From Trypanosoma brucei (Eukaryota), in the NCBI GenBank assembly GCA_000002445.1, contig CP000070.1, positions 1,248,001-1,312,000 on the forward strand: a stretch of DNA of 64,000 nucleotides, written 5' to 3'. How positions within the stretch are numbered: position 1 is the stretch's first letter; each line of letters opens with the position of its first letter. The position numbers and the translations under genes are program-made. Shown piece after piece: positions 1 through 10,632 of this stretch. The notes under the pieces are model-generated. The model saw only the letters and a program-made list of their open reading frames with translations. It made no database searches and was not told the DNA's origin.

Positions 1-190
1 TTTGTGACGCCACAGTGGCGTTTCGGCGCACATGCACCTTCATAGAATCAACAGCATCCCACGGCACTCCATTCAATTGTTTGATTAATTCACACACGGC
101 CTCGTCACCGTCATTCTCGGTGAGTGCCGTCCTCCCAAGCACACTCCCAAACAAGAGGAAGCTAAGATATACGTAATAAATCAAGATCAT
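1..190 (-). CDS. possible 5' end of an additional minus-strand CDS running off the window edge (partial, speculative)
   Basis: Minus-strand frame is open from nt 250 down to nt 1 (83 codons, no stop). There is an ATG at 188-190 (plus 'cat'). The translation ...MILIYYVYLSFLLFGSVLGRTALTENDGDEAVCELIKQLNGVPWDAVDSMKVHVRRNATVASQ looks protein-like, with a hydrophobic stretch followed by an acidic soluble segment. It is absent from the ORF track because it has no stop inside the window. Confidence 0.2.
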   Translation of the reverse strand, partial: MILIYYVYLSFLLFGSVLGRTALTENDGDEAVCELIKQLNGVPWDAVDSMKVHVRRNATVASQ

Positions 191-894
191 TACCTCGTTG
201 GTCACACGATGCGCAATTAACACCGTCGCAGCGGAGACTTCCTTTCCAAATTAGCAAGCCATTCGCCACGGGAACGCACGGGTGGTACGACGAAAAGGGA
301 GAGAAGAGGAAAGAACAAGAGGAGGGAACAAAAGTGAACCTCATGGGGCGTGTGTGTGTGTGAGGAGGTTTCTAGTGGCCACGAGCAACATGCCACACAT
401 TTAAATATTTCGCGCGCATCTGCGGCTGGTGGTCGGGAAAATTGGGGAAGAAAAAAAGAAAGGAAAAGAGCCGCCGCATCTGTATCACCTCTTGGGCTCT
501 TTTTTTTCCCCCTCCCTCCTCGGTGCGTGACATTGTTCTGCAGCCAACCAAATCCCGTTAACACAACTTGCGCTGCTACCACCAGATGTGCCCGATAATT
601 ACTTGTGCTGACATCTAGAAAACAATAAGAAAGAGCAGGATGAAAGGGGAAGTGTTCATACGCATCGTTGAATACAATGCCACGCATATGCAAGCAAGCA
701 TACCCCATCGTAAGTGGACAGAAACTTGTGTACGGTTAAGCAAATGCGACAAAGCAAAAAAAAAAAAAGACAAGAGAAACCTAGCGGTACGGAGAAGGGG
801 GCACACACATACACACCCCGGCAATAAATAACATTGTGTGACATAATTTCTTCACTTTCCCCTCTTCCATCCCTCCCTCCCTCTCCCTCCCAAA

Positions 895-952
895 ACACAC
901 ACACACACACACCATCACATTCAAAACGCGCATATATATATATATATATATA
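895..952. repeat. compound (AC)9 ... (AT)11 microsatellites
   Basis: acacacacacacacacacc at 895-912 and atatatatatatatatatatat at 932-952. Confidence 0.9.
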
Positions 953-2045
953 ATCTTCAGCCCGGCCACATCCAATTTGTTCACCAACGTACGCCAGCGA
1001 ACCGTCTCCAGGCAATGAATCAGAGACGAAGGAAAGAGGACGGAGTTGAATTCAATCGGTTACCGGACGAAAAATAAAACAAGTGGGTGGAATTCGGCGG
1101 GAAGCGCGGGACATAAAAACAAAAAAAAATCTGTTACTGACTCTTCTTTTTGTTTCTGATGCTTCAATTTCTCGGCGTACCCGCATTTGCAAACAACAAC
1201 AAATCCCTTACATTCACTTCATAAACTTACTACAACCACACACGAAAAAAATTCCGCGATGTTGGCGTTGCAGCTCCTCGAACACGGCCTACTACCACGC
1301 ACGCCACCAGGCCCCTAACCGTTGTCGCTTGTTGCATTAGCACTGTTAAATTCATTTACCCTCTCCCCCTTCCCACCTGTTTAATCCCTAAACTCATCTG
1401 TTTGAACCGTAGCGAAAAGATTCAAGAAGTCATTACAGTGATAATGATTGTAATAATTATTATTATAGTAATATCATATGGCAGGCAGCGGTGAGTTTAA
1501 AACACAAAAACAAAAGGGAACACATACGTCCGTTCCAAACTTTCGTCTCAGTTTCAAATGCGCTGGCGAGACGGAGGCGGTAGTTAAGAGGAGGGAAGTA
1601 TACGTTTGGGGGGATGGAGAAAGATCAGCAAAGAAACTAAAGTCATCTCAGCTTTTGTTTGCTTCTGCCTTTTCGTGCCTATTAACGTTGGGGGGAGGGA
1701 AGAGAGGGAAGAGGGAAGAAAATCGTTGTGAGCACACTGTGGCCGAAAACAGTTAATGCTCAAACGCAATATTCCTTGCGATGCTGTGATTGCCTTTCAC
1801 AACCCCATTAGGGTGTAATATGATAGCAAGTAGATTCTCTCGCTTCTTCTATCCCCTTTAATACCACCTTTATAATTTAGTTACGTGTTCCCTTCTGCTC
1901 CCTCTCCAGCACTCCTTCACGTGCACTCAAACACACGCACCTCTATATTTTCTTCCATCTCAAGCCCCCCCCCTGCTCATTTCAGCCAGCATTTGCCGCT
2001 GCTGCCCCACCCCTACTTCCACCTTCCTTAATATATCTTTCACAA

Positions 2046-4142
2046 TTAATCCTCATTCACGGACCACAGTTTAAGATGATCGTCTAGCGAAGAAGTAATA
2101 AGTTTGTTGCCGCACATATCCATGTGATAGACAGTGCTGTGATGTCCCACTAAAGTCTCGCAGTGCTCCCCTGTCTGAGCGTCCCAAATCATGACGCTCC
2201 AATCGCGAGCACATGTGTAAATGTACTTGTCGCTTGTAGAGAACATTGCCTGGTGAATGGGAACCTGGTGTCCCCTCCACGATAACACGCAGCTGTTGTT
2301 GCACCAGTCCCAAACCCTAACCTCGTGGTTCATTGCCGCAGATACAATACGCGTGTCGTCATGGGAGAACTGGCAGGACCACACCGTATCGGTGTGGCCA
2401 TCAAGTGAAACCTGTTCCTCATCCCTTTCCCATTCCCACACCTTGATAACCCTGTCGTCCCCACCAGACACAACGTACTTCCCTGAATCGGTGTTGCTGA
2501 AGCAGCAGTAGAATACAGCCAATGTATGGCCGCGGTACGTGCCCACCTTTGTCCCCGTGTTTCCGTTCCACACCCGAACGGTGTGATCGCATGAGCATGA
2601 CACGATGTAGTCGCCATTGGAATTGTACTTCACACAGTAAACCTTGTCTTCGTGACCCTTCAATGTATACACCTTGCCGCATGTCGCGACGTTCCAAACT
2701 TTGATTGTGCGGTCGTCTGATGACGATACCACGCGATTCCCACGCGGGGAGAAGTCGCACGAAAGTACAAAACCATTATGGCCACCCTTCATCACACTGC
2801 TGGTTCCACTAGAAGTGTTCCACACACGCACGGAGCGGTCGCGGCTCGCTGTGCAGAAGCGGTCGCCTTTAGGGGCGAAAGCACAGCAATACACGGCTGA
2901 AGTGTGGCCGGTATACGTCTTGAGCTCTCGAACCTCCACGCGACCATTAGAGAACGGCTTCACCTTGAACCCGGTGGTGGTCCCGGCGGTGTCAGCGGTT
3001 ACCGTTTCCGCCTTCACCTCGGTGATAGCATCATCTGCCACCACCGGACGCTTTTCTGGTGGAACACAAATGAGTTTCATGCGCTTGCCTTCTTGGGCTT
3101 GAGCCTGGCTCATCTCCACAAACATGCAGAACACGTCATCGTCATCCATGTCAATGATGTCCTCACCTTCATAAAAGGACATCGCCATCTTCCTCCCAAA
3201 CTTCTTTTCCACCATCCCGGTGAACTCTTCGAAGGTTGTGCCAGGAGCAATGTGTAGCACCTTGTTCGCTGTGTTGTTCTCCTCCTGGCAGTAGACGGCA
3301 ACCTTTCCACGCATCGTGCGGGACCCCGCCTGCAACCCGTCGTCATCGGTACCAGCGACCCCGCCTGTTGTATTGGGTTTTGGTACTGATACGCCTGTGC
3401 CTGTACCGGGCTCGCTTCGCAGCCTCGTGCTAAGATCCAGATCTGGTTGCTCCAGCACTTGCTTGATGAAGTTACTTATGGAATCCCGCTCCTCTAATGT
3501 CATGCTGGTATACTCTTCAATTGCCTCCATAGCGGCTGCACGCGGACGAGACGGCTGTTGCTGCTGCTCGGCCGTCTGACGGGACTCATGCCGTCCAGCG
3601 TCCCCGGCATCTTTCATCTTTGCTGCCTTGCGGGCTGCCTTCGCCTCCTTTGCCGCAACCAACATCGACCATATCTCATCCCCACTCAAAGATGAATTTG
3701 GTAAGTTTTTTTTAAACGTCTCCACCGCTACCTCCAGCGACGCGTCGTGCTTGACAAGTAGCTCAATAACAGCATGTTGCTTACCACTGGGAAGCCCCTG
3801 ATAGCTGAGTTGTTTCCCCTGAAAGGTTAGTGTCATTGTCTGCGGTTTCTCATCCACGGGTTTTTCCTCCACCGGCTTCTCAGCGGCGGCAGATTCGCTC
3901 TGTTTCTTTTTCTGTTTCTTTTCCATATAAGCCCGCTTGGCGTCGCTATATCGCTGTAATATGTCTGCACTGGGCGTATTCTGGCCCCCCTCAATGTTGT
4001 CACGAAAGGCCTGAACCACCACGTTATTATCAGCATCCAACTTGACGAGGATGTCCATGAGGTCTTTGGGTCGGTTTTCGGGGCGACCCTCATAAACAAC
4101 GGGTTTACCGCCTATGACGAAGCGTAGCTTCTCCTTGCTCAT
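2046..4142 (-). CDS. WD40-repeat protein (7 C-terminal WD40 blades) with N-terminal tandem duplicated ~45-aa modules and a PB1-like segment
   Basis: 698-aa ORF with a verified ATG start. Seven GH...WD/WN repeats are present (e.g. GHTSAVYCCAF...RVWN, GHNGFVLSCDF...KVWN, GHEDKVYCVKY...RVWN). A PB1-like segment reads VAVYCQEENNTANKVLHIAPGTTFEEFTGMVEKKFGRKMAMSFYEGEDIIDMDDDD. The N-terminus carries two related modules, RFVIGGKPVVYEGRPENRPKDLMDILVKLDADNNVVVQAF and LTFQGKQLSYQGLPSGKQHAVIELLVKHDASLEVAVETF. Confidence 0.85.
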   Translation of the reverse strand: MSKEKLRFVIGGKPVVYEGRPENRPKDLMDILVKLDADNNVVVQAFRDNIEGGQNTPSADILQRYSDAKRAYMEKKQKKKQSESAAAEKPVEEKPVDEKPQTMTLTFQGKQLSYQGLPSGKQHAVIELLVKHDASLEVAVETFKKNLPNSSLSGDEIWSMLVAAKEAKAARKAAKMKDAGDAGRHESRQTAEQQQQPSRPRAAAMEAIEEYTSMTLEERDSISNFIKQVLEQPDLDLSTRLRSEPGTGTGVSVPKPNTTGGVAGTDDDGLQAGSRTMRGKVAVYCQEENNTANKVLHIAPGTTFEEFTGMVEKKFGRKMAMSFYEGEDIIDMDDDDVFCMFVEMSQAQAQEGKRMKLICVPPEKRPVVADDAITEVKAETVTADTAGTTTGFKVKPFSNGRVEVRELKTYTGHTSAVYCCAFAPKGDRFCTASRDRSVRVWNTSSGTSSVMKGGHNGFVLSCDFSPRGNRVVSSSDDRTIKVWNVATCGKVYTLKGHEDKVYCVKYNSNGDYIVSCSCDHTVRVWNGNTGTKVGTYRGHTLAVFYCCFSNTDSGKYVVSGGDDRVIKVWEWERDEEQVSLDGHTDTVWSCQFSHDDTRIVSAAMNHEVRVWDWCNNSCVLSWRGHQVPIHQAMFSTSDKYIYTCARDWSVMIWDAQTGEHCETLVGHHSTVYHMDMCGNKLITSSLDDHLKLWSVNED

Positions 4143-4702
4143 TGTTGAAGAAAGCTGTGTGCTGCCTTTCTATCTTTTTTTTTATTAATTCTTTTCCGTT
4201 GAAATGACGAATTAAAACTATACGTATATATATATATAAGCAGGTACGCGTGGCCTTGGTTACTTTTTCTTTTTGTGTTCGCTGTATTCAAAGAGGAAAA
4301 AATACAAATACACCAAGAGTCATTTTTTTAAAAAAAAAACCTTCGTTACCCAATGGTTCAAGTGGTGATGACAGCCAAAATCGTACAGTTCGGTATATTA
4401 AAACACTTATCAATGTGCGACCAACCCCCTCACACCAATGGCGACAAGGAGGGAAAATGAGTGGTGAGAAAAAAGACGTCAGAGGGAATCCAAGTTCCCT
4501 TTTAAACAACAGGCTGTACACCTTACAAAACATAGTATCCAACGTTGTAGCTTGCCTACTTGTGACAACACGCCGTGTGCACAATTTACACCACACGTTT
4601 TCATTCCCTCTGTGCCACATAACATAACGACCCCCATACTGCTCCGCTCCGCACACGCACACACGCTCTCCCTGTTGGCCGCGTATGCATATGCATGGTG
4701 TC

Positions 4703-5593
4703 TCAACTCTCAAATGTGCTGTCAGCCGATATGTCAAGCAGAACCCTCACCAGTTCCGGGCTCTGAAAATTTTCCTCATATTGCATCATCTCGTGCCGCG
4801 TGACCCATGCGTGGTCGATAGTCTTCGGCCTAAACTCTGAAAATTTCGGTCGTCCACTTAAATACGTAGCAACGTAAATAAAGAGCCAGCACCCATCGTT
4901 TGCGTTTGGCACCGTTGCCTGCGGTGCATTGGACCATACATAACAATCCAAACCCTCGCCGTTGTCCGTTGCAATCGCTCTCTCGGCCGCCATGCGCAGC
5001 GTTTCGCGTTCACGAAGCACCGTTTGGGGCACGGTCCACTTTCCAGAGGCCTCGTCGCGCACAATAAGGTGCAAATAGTCGTCGAGTTTACGGTGCAACG
5101 AATGACGTGTCGGAGGCGAGCTTGCGTTACTATTGGCGTTGCTGCTGCCATACGTGGCGGGGTCCCAAAGATCACGCGGGGTCACCCGGCGCTCCGGTTT
5201 GTACCGCTGCAGCACAACCCGCATGGCGTCTTGATAGAGCTCCAGTCCGAAGAAATTCGACTGGATTTGCCGCGGGTCCGTACGGTTTAGTGCGTCGATG
5301 GACTGGCCACGCTGCGCCATGAAGTGAGTTGCTGACTCGGATGACTCATGTCTGCTGTACCGCTGGTGTTCTCGTTGGAGAAGGAACGCCATTTCCATTT
5401 CCAGGGGATGCGGTGTGGGTTTTACAACGGGTTGACGATGAAGAAGATAAGCAACGCGCACCTTCGACTCACTTGCAGCCTGTTGGACCTCAGCCGCTGG
5501 CACCTGCGGTAACACAGGCGTGCGGTGCTGCGAATGAAATCCACGACACCCTGACAAAACTCGCGAAAGAGGAAGACGTGCTACCGGACGCAT
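4703..5593 (-). CDS. hypothetical protein with mitochondrial-presequence-like N-terminus
   Basis: The ORF-track start at 5608 is GTG. The first in-frame ATG is at 5591-5593, giving 296 aa beginning MRPVARLPLSRVLSGCRGFHS (Arg-rich amphipathic presequence). There is no obvious catalytic motif. The conserved-looking C-terminal half includes WTVPQTVLRERETLRMAAERA and WLFIYVATYLSGRPKF. Confidence 0.55.
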   Translation of the reverse strand: MRPVARLPLSRVLSGCRGFHSQHRTPVLPQVPAAEVQQAASESKVRVAYLLHRQPVVKPTPHPLEMEMAFLLQREHQRYSRHESSESATHFMAQRGQSIDALNRTDPRQIQSNFFGLELYQDAMRVVLQRYKPERRVTPRDLWDPATYGSSNANSNASSPPTRHSLHRKLDDYLHLIVRDEASGKWTVPQTVLRERETLRMAAERAIATDNGEGLDCYVWSNAPQATVPNANDGCWLFIYVATYLSGRPKFSEFRPKTIDHAWVTRHEMMQYEENFQSPELVRVLLDISADSTFES

Positions 5594-5849
5594 TTGCCTT
5601 CCTTCCACCGTCGAAAATGGTACGGAGGACCCACTCCTTTAACTACAGCAAGGAATAAAACGAGGGGAAAGAAGTGGGCAGATTTCATGTGTATAAACCA
5701 AGTAGGGATCATTCCGCAGAGGTCTCAGCATCTACACGCAGAGCAAACTCCTGCACTCCAGGTGCCCTGGTCCACGGCCGTGACGCGAAGCAGGATTTAT
5801 TAGGTTCGATATGAGAACGGGGCGCAGATGCCACGCGGCATAGGCACCG

Positions 5850-6566
5850 TTACTCGTTTGCCCGCTCCTCCAGTGCGGCCACCCGCGCCTCCACGTCATT
5901 CAATCGTCGCATCACCGTCCCCACCATCATTCGCACCATCATCTCAAGCTCTTGCAATCGGGTTTCGAGCGCCGCCGTTTGACCGCTGGTTCCAGCTCCG
6001 TAATTAGAGTTATCGGAATACCCACCAGTTGGGGTCAGCTCTGGCAGTGGCGTCTCTTCGACTCCTGAAACACATATTGCGACGATATGGATCGCGTCCT
6101 TCGGTTTCCTTGCGAAGAACTTCAACTGCACCCGCTCACCAGGAACCACACAACAGTCGATGAAATGGAAATAGCGCGCGTCGCGGCTCAACCCCCCGAC
6201 AACAGCAGTTACAGCAACCTCACCACTGGCAACGGCGCTAGCTCCTTCATGTGTCTGGACTTCCGAGCCGTCCGTATGCAACTCTACAACCCTGGCATTA
6301 CTCACGATTGCAATGTGCGTCAAGCGCCTCTGCTCCCGCAACTCAACCCACGGCGCCTTTCCATCAGTCAACGCAACCACCTGTCCAGATCCCCTCGTAT
6401 CCGCACTATTCGCGTTCTTTTCATTACACGTGCCTTCGGTGCCACCGGTGGAAGCAGACGCTGCAGCAGCAGTTGCACCGGCCTGCGCGGCCTCTACACT
6501 ATCAAATACCAAAAGCGGTGGTGCTGGTGTCCCCCAACTGCACTGGCAGGCGCCACGCACAGTCAT
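5850..6566 (-). CDS. hypothetical protein with C-terminal coiled-coil/leucine-zipper-like tail
   Basis: The ORF-track start at 6635 is GTG. The first ATG is at 6564-6566 (239 aa). The C-terminus TAALETRLQELEMMVRMMVGTVMRRLNDVEARVAALEERANE is a heptad-like coiled coil. The middle region is Ala/Gly/Thr-rich. The coding status of the N-terminal half is uncertain. Confidence 0.4.
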   Translation of the reverse strand: MTVRGACQCSWGTPAPPLLVFDSVEAAQAGATAAAASASTGGTEGTCNEKNANSADTRGSGQVVALTDGKAPWVELREQRRLTHIAIVSNARVVELHTDGSEVQTHEGASAVASGEVAVTAVVGGLSRDARYFHFIDCCVVPGERVQLKFFARKPKDAIHIVAICVSGVEETPLPELTPTGGYSDNSNYGAGTSGQTAALETRLQELEMMVRMMVGTVMRRLNDVEARVAALEERANE

Positions 6567-7295
6567 CAGAGCGGCTGCAAACAGGCGGAAGCAGCGGCAA
6601 ACCCAAGAATCTTCCCCAAACCCTAGCACGCACACACACGCCGCTGCAGAACAGCAATAATAATGCAGGAGAGAAGAGGAATTAAAGAGAGAAGACTGTG
6701 CACATAAGAAAATCGAGAGACATCAAGGAAGAAAATAAGCAGTGAAACAACGGAAGAACACCCTCCACAAGTTAAAGCACAAATGATGATTTGATTAAAT
6801 TGTCACATGCGAAGTTCCGGTCCGCTAGTCTTGTGTGACGCCCCTCTGCGGCCAACGATAAAAGTAATGACAGTAGCATTAACAGTGGGAATGGAAACCA
6901 AAAAAAAAAAGCAAGAACAAAAACAACAACAACATTTGAACTAAACAAATAAAGCAACTGACCGAAGCGCGGGGCAGTTGGGTAAGGAAAAAAGTAAAAA
7001 GAAAAGAAAGGGAAAAGCATTGGAAAAGAAGTAAACGGGGAAAAGTATGAAACCCACACTTACACACACATATGTATATATTTCCGCATATAAATCCCCC
7101 CTTTCCCCCTTTTCAGGTATTTTATATGTTCACGTATAAAACATGAACACCCACGAGGAACCCCATGCAAACACATGTGCGTTGTATATATATATATATA
7201 TATGCATATATAGATAGAAACATACACACACATAAATAATATATATAACATGGTGTAGCATATATAATGTATCTAATGCAAGTACACATCATATA

Positions 7296-7514
7296 AATTA
7301 ATATAAATAAATAAATAAATAAATATATATATATATATATATATATAAATATATATATGAGCGTCCGTACTCACTTTACAAAAAAGACAAAGGAACGAGA
7401 ATGAACACAAACCTCACGTGAATCTTGGCGAACATATACATCTTCTAGTTGTGTGTACAGGTGCTCGCCTAGCGCATAGGAATGAAACCAAACTGCTCGC
7501 AGAAGTAAATTAAA

Positions 7515-7558
<44 letters not shown>

Positions 7559-7585
7559 TTATTTATTTATTTATTTATATTTAAA
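7296..7585. repeat. long inverted repeat: (AAAT)5(AT)n arm and (AT)n(ATTT)5 arm flanking a 150-nt unique core
   Basis: Left arm at 7296-7358 reads ...taaataaataaataaataaatatatatatatatatatatatat. Right arm at 7507-7585 reads tatatatatatatatatatatatatatatatatacatttatttatttatttattta. The arms are reverse complements of each other. The core at 7359-7506 is unique sequence (gagcgtccgtactcactttac...gctcgcagaagtaaat). Confidence 0.85.
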
Positions 7586-9204
7586 GTAATGCCAACGTGA
7601 TTACACAGACATACGCGCACACATGAAACCTCCCATCTCTTCTTTTTCTCAACTTCACTTCACTTCATTTCATATTTCCTTTTTCATTTCACCGCATCGC
7701 AACCACTTCCCTTTTCATGCTTTTAATTATCTATTCATTTATTTTATTTCAACACCAACAGCAACAAGAGTGGCAATTGTGACAATAACGGACGTTATAA
7801 TTTATCAACATTATTTACAGTTCCCTTCGCCGATGCAATCTTTCATCGGCTTCAAAGCCCGTCATTTTTTAGTGCTTCCCTCCATGGCGACATTTTCCCC
7901 GTTTCCCTTTCCCTTTCTCTCTTCTTGTTCTTCTTCCTCTTTGTCACTTGGTTTTACTTCTCTATTTTTTATTTTTAAACATTTAATATGTCATTCGGAC
8001 TCTTCAACCCTTTTCTCGACACTTCTTCCTTATATGTTGAATGATGACATGAGTTCTTTCCAAAACAAAACAAAACAAATAAGTAAATAAACAAATAAAA
8101 CAAACATAGGCAGGTTGTAACAAGTAATAAATAAATAAATATAAAAATAAAAAGCAAACGCAATTGTGTACGTATAAAATAAAACAAAAGGAAAACAAAC
8201 ACACGCACGTGGAGACAAAAAGGAGAAATAAACTGAGGCATGCCGAAAAATAAAATAATTGTGGGCGACAGTTCTAACGTTCTAATACTGCAGGCACCAC
8301 GGAATCGGAAACGGTGAGAACAAAAATAAAATAAAAAAAAAAGGAAACATCACCCAAACATTTTGTTTCATGTCGTCCGTTTTTCATAATATTTTTATTT
8401 TCTCTACTCTTCGCACTTCATCCGATTTGTATATATATTTCTAACAAACGGTAAAATAAAAATAAAAATAAAAATAAATAAATTAAAGCAAAACAAAACA
8501 AAACAAGCGGATAATTTTAATAACAAAAACAACAACAACTTCTTCCCTTAAGGGAAAACGAAATAAAAAAGAAATAGAATACGCCGGAGTGAATAAATAC
8601 TCTATATAGTTATGTGACTTTAAATTTTTTTTCTCGTATATATTTTTTCCTCGTTTAATATATTTATTTGGATATTTCTTTTTTTTTCATTTATATCATT
8701 TTATTCCCCTTCGCTTGTTCCCTTCCCTTTTCCCCTCCATCCCGCACATGCCACAATCACCATTGTGTTCTTCACGCTTTTACATTTCTCCCATTTTCGC
8801 TCAGTGGAGGCACCGCGGGGGATATGAAATGCCAGGGAGTTATGCAATAGAGGAAATGTGGCGTCTTATCGCTTGCCTTCGTTTTCCTTCTGCTATCGGT
8901 ATTGCTTTTGTTGTTATTCTTGTAGTGCTTCCAATCGCTATTGTTGAGAAAGTATAAAACAATTACGGCTTCCCCTAACACGCATTCACACGAAAAGAGG
9001 GGCACATGTCCCGTCGCTCCTTTCATGATCAACCGTTAATTGTCTCAACTTCTCGTACTTTTCACTGCTTCGTTTTTTTTTCTTCACTCTTTCATTCGCG
9101 ATCGCTTCCTCAACCTCACACATTCATCACCGTCATCGCAATGATCCCCTCGCACGTACGCACACACACACAAAAAAAAAAAGAAAAAAATATGCAAATG
9201 TGCC

Positions 9205-10497
9205 TCACTCACCGACTGCCCCGGCACGCGCCATGACACACTGCAGTTTGCTTTCAATTCTTCGCCCGTGTGAACTTGTGGGAAGAAGGGGTCGGATGCA
9301 CTGTGATATGGTGCGGAAGTCCACTTCACTTGTAGATGAGTCAATGATCGCCTGCAGCACAAAGTTACCGAAGCAATCGTTCATGAGGCGGCGGAGGTTG
9401 ACGGGATCACACACTGTTTCGGCAATGAGTGCTCGGCGCGCTGGGCCTTCAAGCACACGTACAACCTTCTCCACAACGTTTGAGGCAAACTTATTGCAAG
9501 AGAGGGCAACCCAGTGGCCAGCAAAGGCATGACAAACAACAACCGTCACAGCCTCAGGGTCCATGTGGTGCAGCACACACTGCACGACGTAGTTCCCGTA
9601 ACAATTCATTGTGAGTGCGGGAAGAGCGGGAAGCAGGCGGGAAATAATAAACCGCTGCTGGTGAGGTAGGGTGTTCTCAATAGTCCGGATGATGGTTATG
9701 CAACCCTGCTGTCGTTGTGCAAGTAGTTGGCTGTCCTGTGCAATGGCTTCAACAATAGGTGTGAGGGCATCGCTTTTATGCCGCTCGAAGACGCTCTGGA
9801 GAACACGGCGCGTGTATGGCGAACTCACAGCAAGATCTCGCACGAGACTTGGAGTGAAGTGTGGGACGAGCGTCGCCATCAAACCAGTGGGAATGAACTC
9901 AACGAGAGCACGCACGACGTGACAGCCATTCGAATCAAGCGCAACAGCGGGCAGGACCGGGCGAAACTCGTCCACAACAGTTCGCGTCATTTCCACGTGA
10001 TGCAGGCGCAACACCGACACTAACAAGTTGCGACCCGCCGACGTGCAGGCGGCACGAGGCAACTCCCCAACAATCGCACGAAATCTCTCAACGAGGCCAT
10101 TGGACAGATTGCCGGAGTCGAGTACGGCACTGTTGTACACATGACGAGGTGCCTCACAGTTTCCATCGCCGGAGCCGGAAACACATACGGGATCTGCGCC
10201 GTCATTATCGCTACGGGGAGCGGTAGATGCGTATGGGTTATGTGTGTAACGATGACTTCGATAACATCCCGCAGAGGCGGCAGCGTTTGTCGTGTTTGAT
10301 ACCGCTGGTTTTGGTGTCGCTGCCCCTTGTGCTGACAAGCTGGGTGATGAGTCGGAGGTCGTAAGCTCCCATGCGGAACGGCACTGTTGGGGGACTTGAA
10401 AGGGGTGTGTACACGCGCTTTGCGTTGCAACATTACTTTGTGGAACGTTGAGAGCTGGGACGGCCATCATTGTTAAGCGTTCACCCCTACGAAGCAT
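9205..10497 (-). CDS. PUF (Pumilio/FBF family) RNA-binding protein
   Basis: 430 aa with an ATG start. Multiple Puf repeats are present: CNKFASNVVEKVV, MNCYGNYVVQCVLHH, DCFGNFVLQAIIDS, LDSNGCHVVRALVEF, GCITIIRTIEN. The true start may be the internal MMAVPALNV. Confidence 0.85.
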   Translation of the reverse strand: MLRRGERLTMMAVPALNVPQSNVATQSACTHPFQVPQQCRSAWELTTSDSSPSLSAQGAATPKPAVSNTTNAAASAGCYRSHRYTHNPYASTAPRSDNDGADPVCVSGSGDGNCEAPRHVYNSAVLDSGNLSNGLVERFRAIVGELPRAACTSAGRNLLVSVLRLHHVEMTRTVVDEFRPVLPAVALDSNGCHVVRALVEFIPTGLMATLVPHFTPSLVRDLAVSSPYTRRVLQSVFERHKSDALTPIVEAIAQDSQLLAQRQQGCITIIRTIENTLPHQQRFIISRLLPALPALTMNCYGNYVVQCVLHHMDPEAVTVVVCHAFAGHWVALSCNKFASNVVEKVVRVLEGPARRALIAETVCDPVNLRRLMNDCFGNFVLQAIIDSSTSEVDFRTISQCIRPLLPTSSHGRRIESKLQCVMARAGAVGE

Positions 10498-10565
10498 TAC
10501 CTACCACAACCGACAAGGCAACAGATAAACTTATATATGTATATATATATATGTGTGTGTCGCAA

Positions 10566-10632
10566 AGCCAGTAAGAAACAAACAAGGGAGAGAAGAAAAC
10601 AATGACCATCAAAAGGGTTGACAAACGAAGAG
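10566..10632 (-). promoter_or_regulatory. polypyrimidine tract and probable spliced-leader acceptor region upstream of the PUF gene
   Basis: The plus strand here is purine-rich (agtaagaaacaaacaagggagagaagaaaacaatgaccatcaaaagggttgacaaacgaagaggag), so the minus strand carries a long pyrimidine tract 70-135 nt upstream of the ATG. This is the arrangement kinetoplastid trans-splicing requires. Confidence 0.4.

Noticed and set aside
6087-6685. plus-strand ORFs of 115-179 aa overlapping the minus-strand gene at 5850-6566
   Set aside because: These are antisense shadow ORFs with Ala/Arg/Ser/Pro-rich composition typical of reading a coding region on the wrong strand. The same applies to plus-strand ORFs at 15113-15751, 23749-24351, 40894-41400, 49778-50254, 52517-52990 and 54631-54999.
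7623-8090. 155-aa plus-strand ORF
   Set aside because: Phe/Ser/Leu-rich low-complexity translation of a T/C-rich repeat tract. It is on the opposite strand to the transcription unit, and two overlapping minus-strand ORFs of similar junk composition cover the same DNA.
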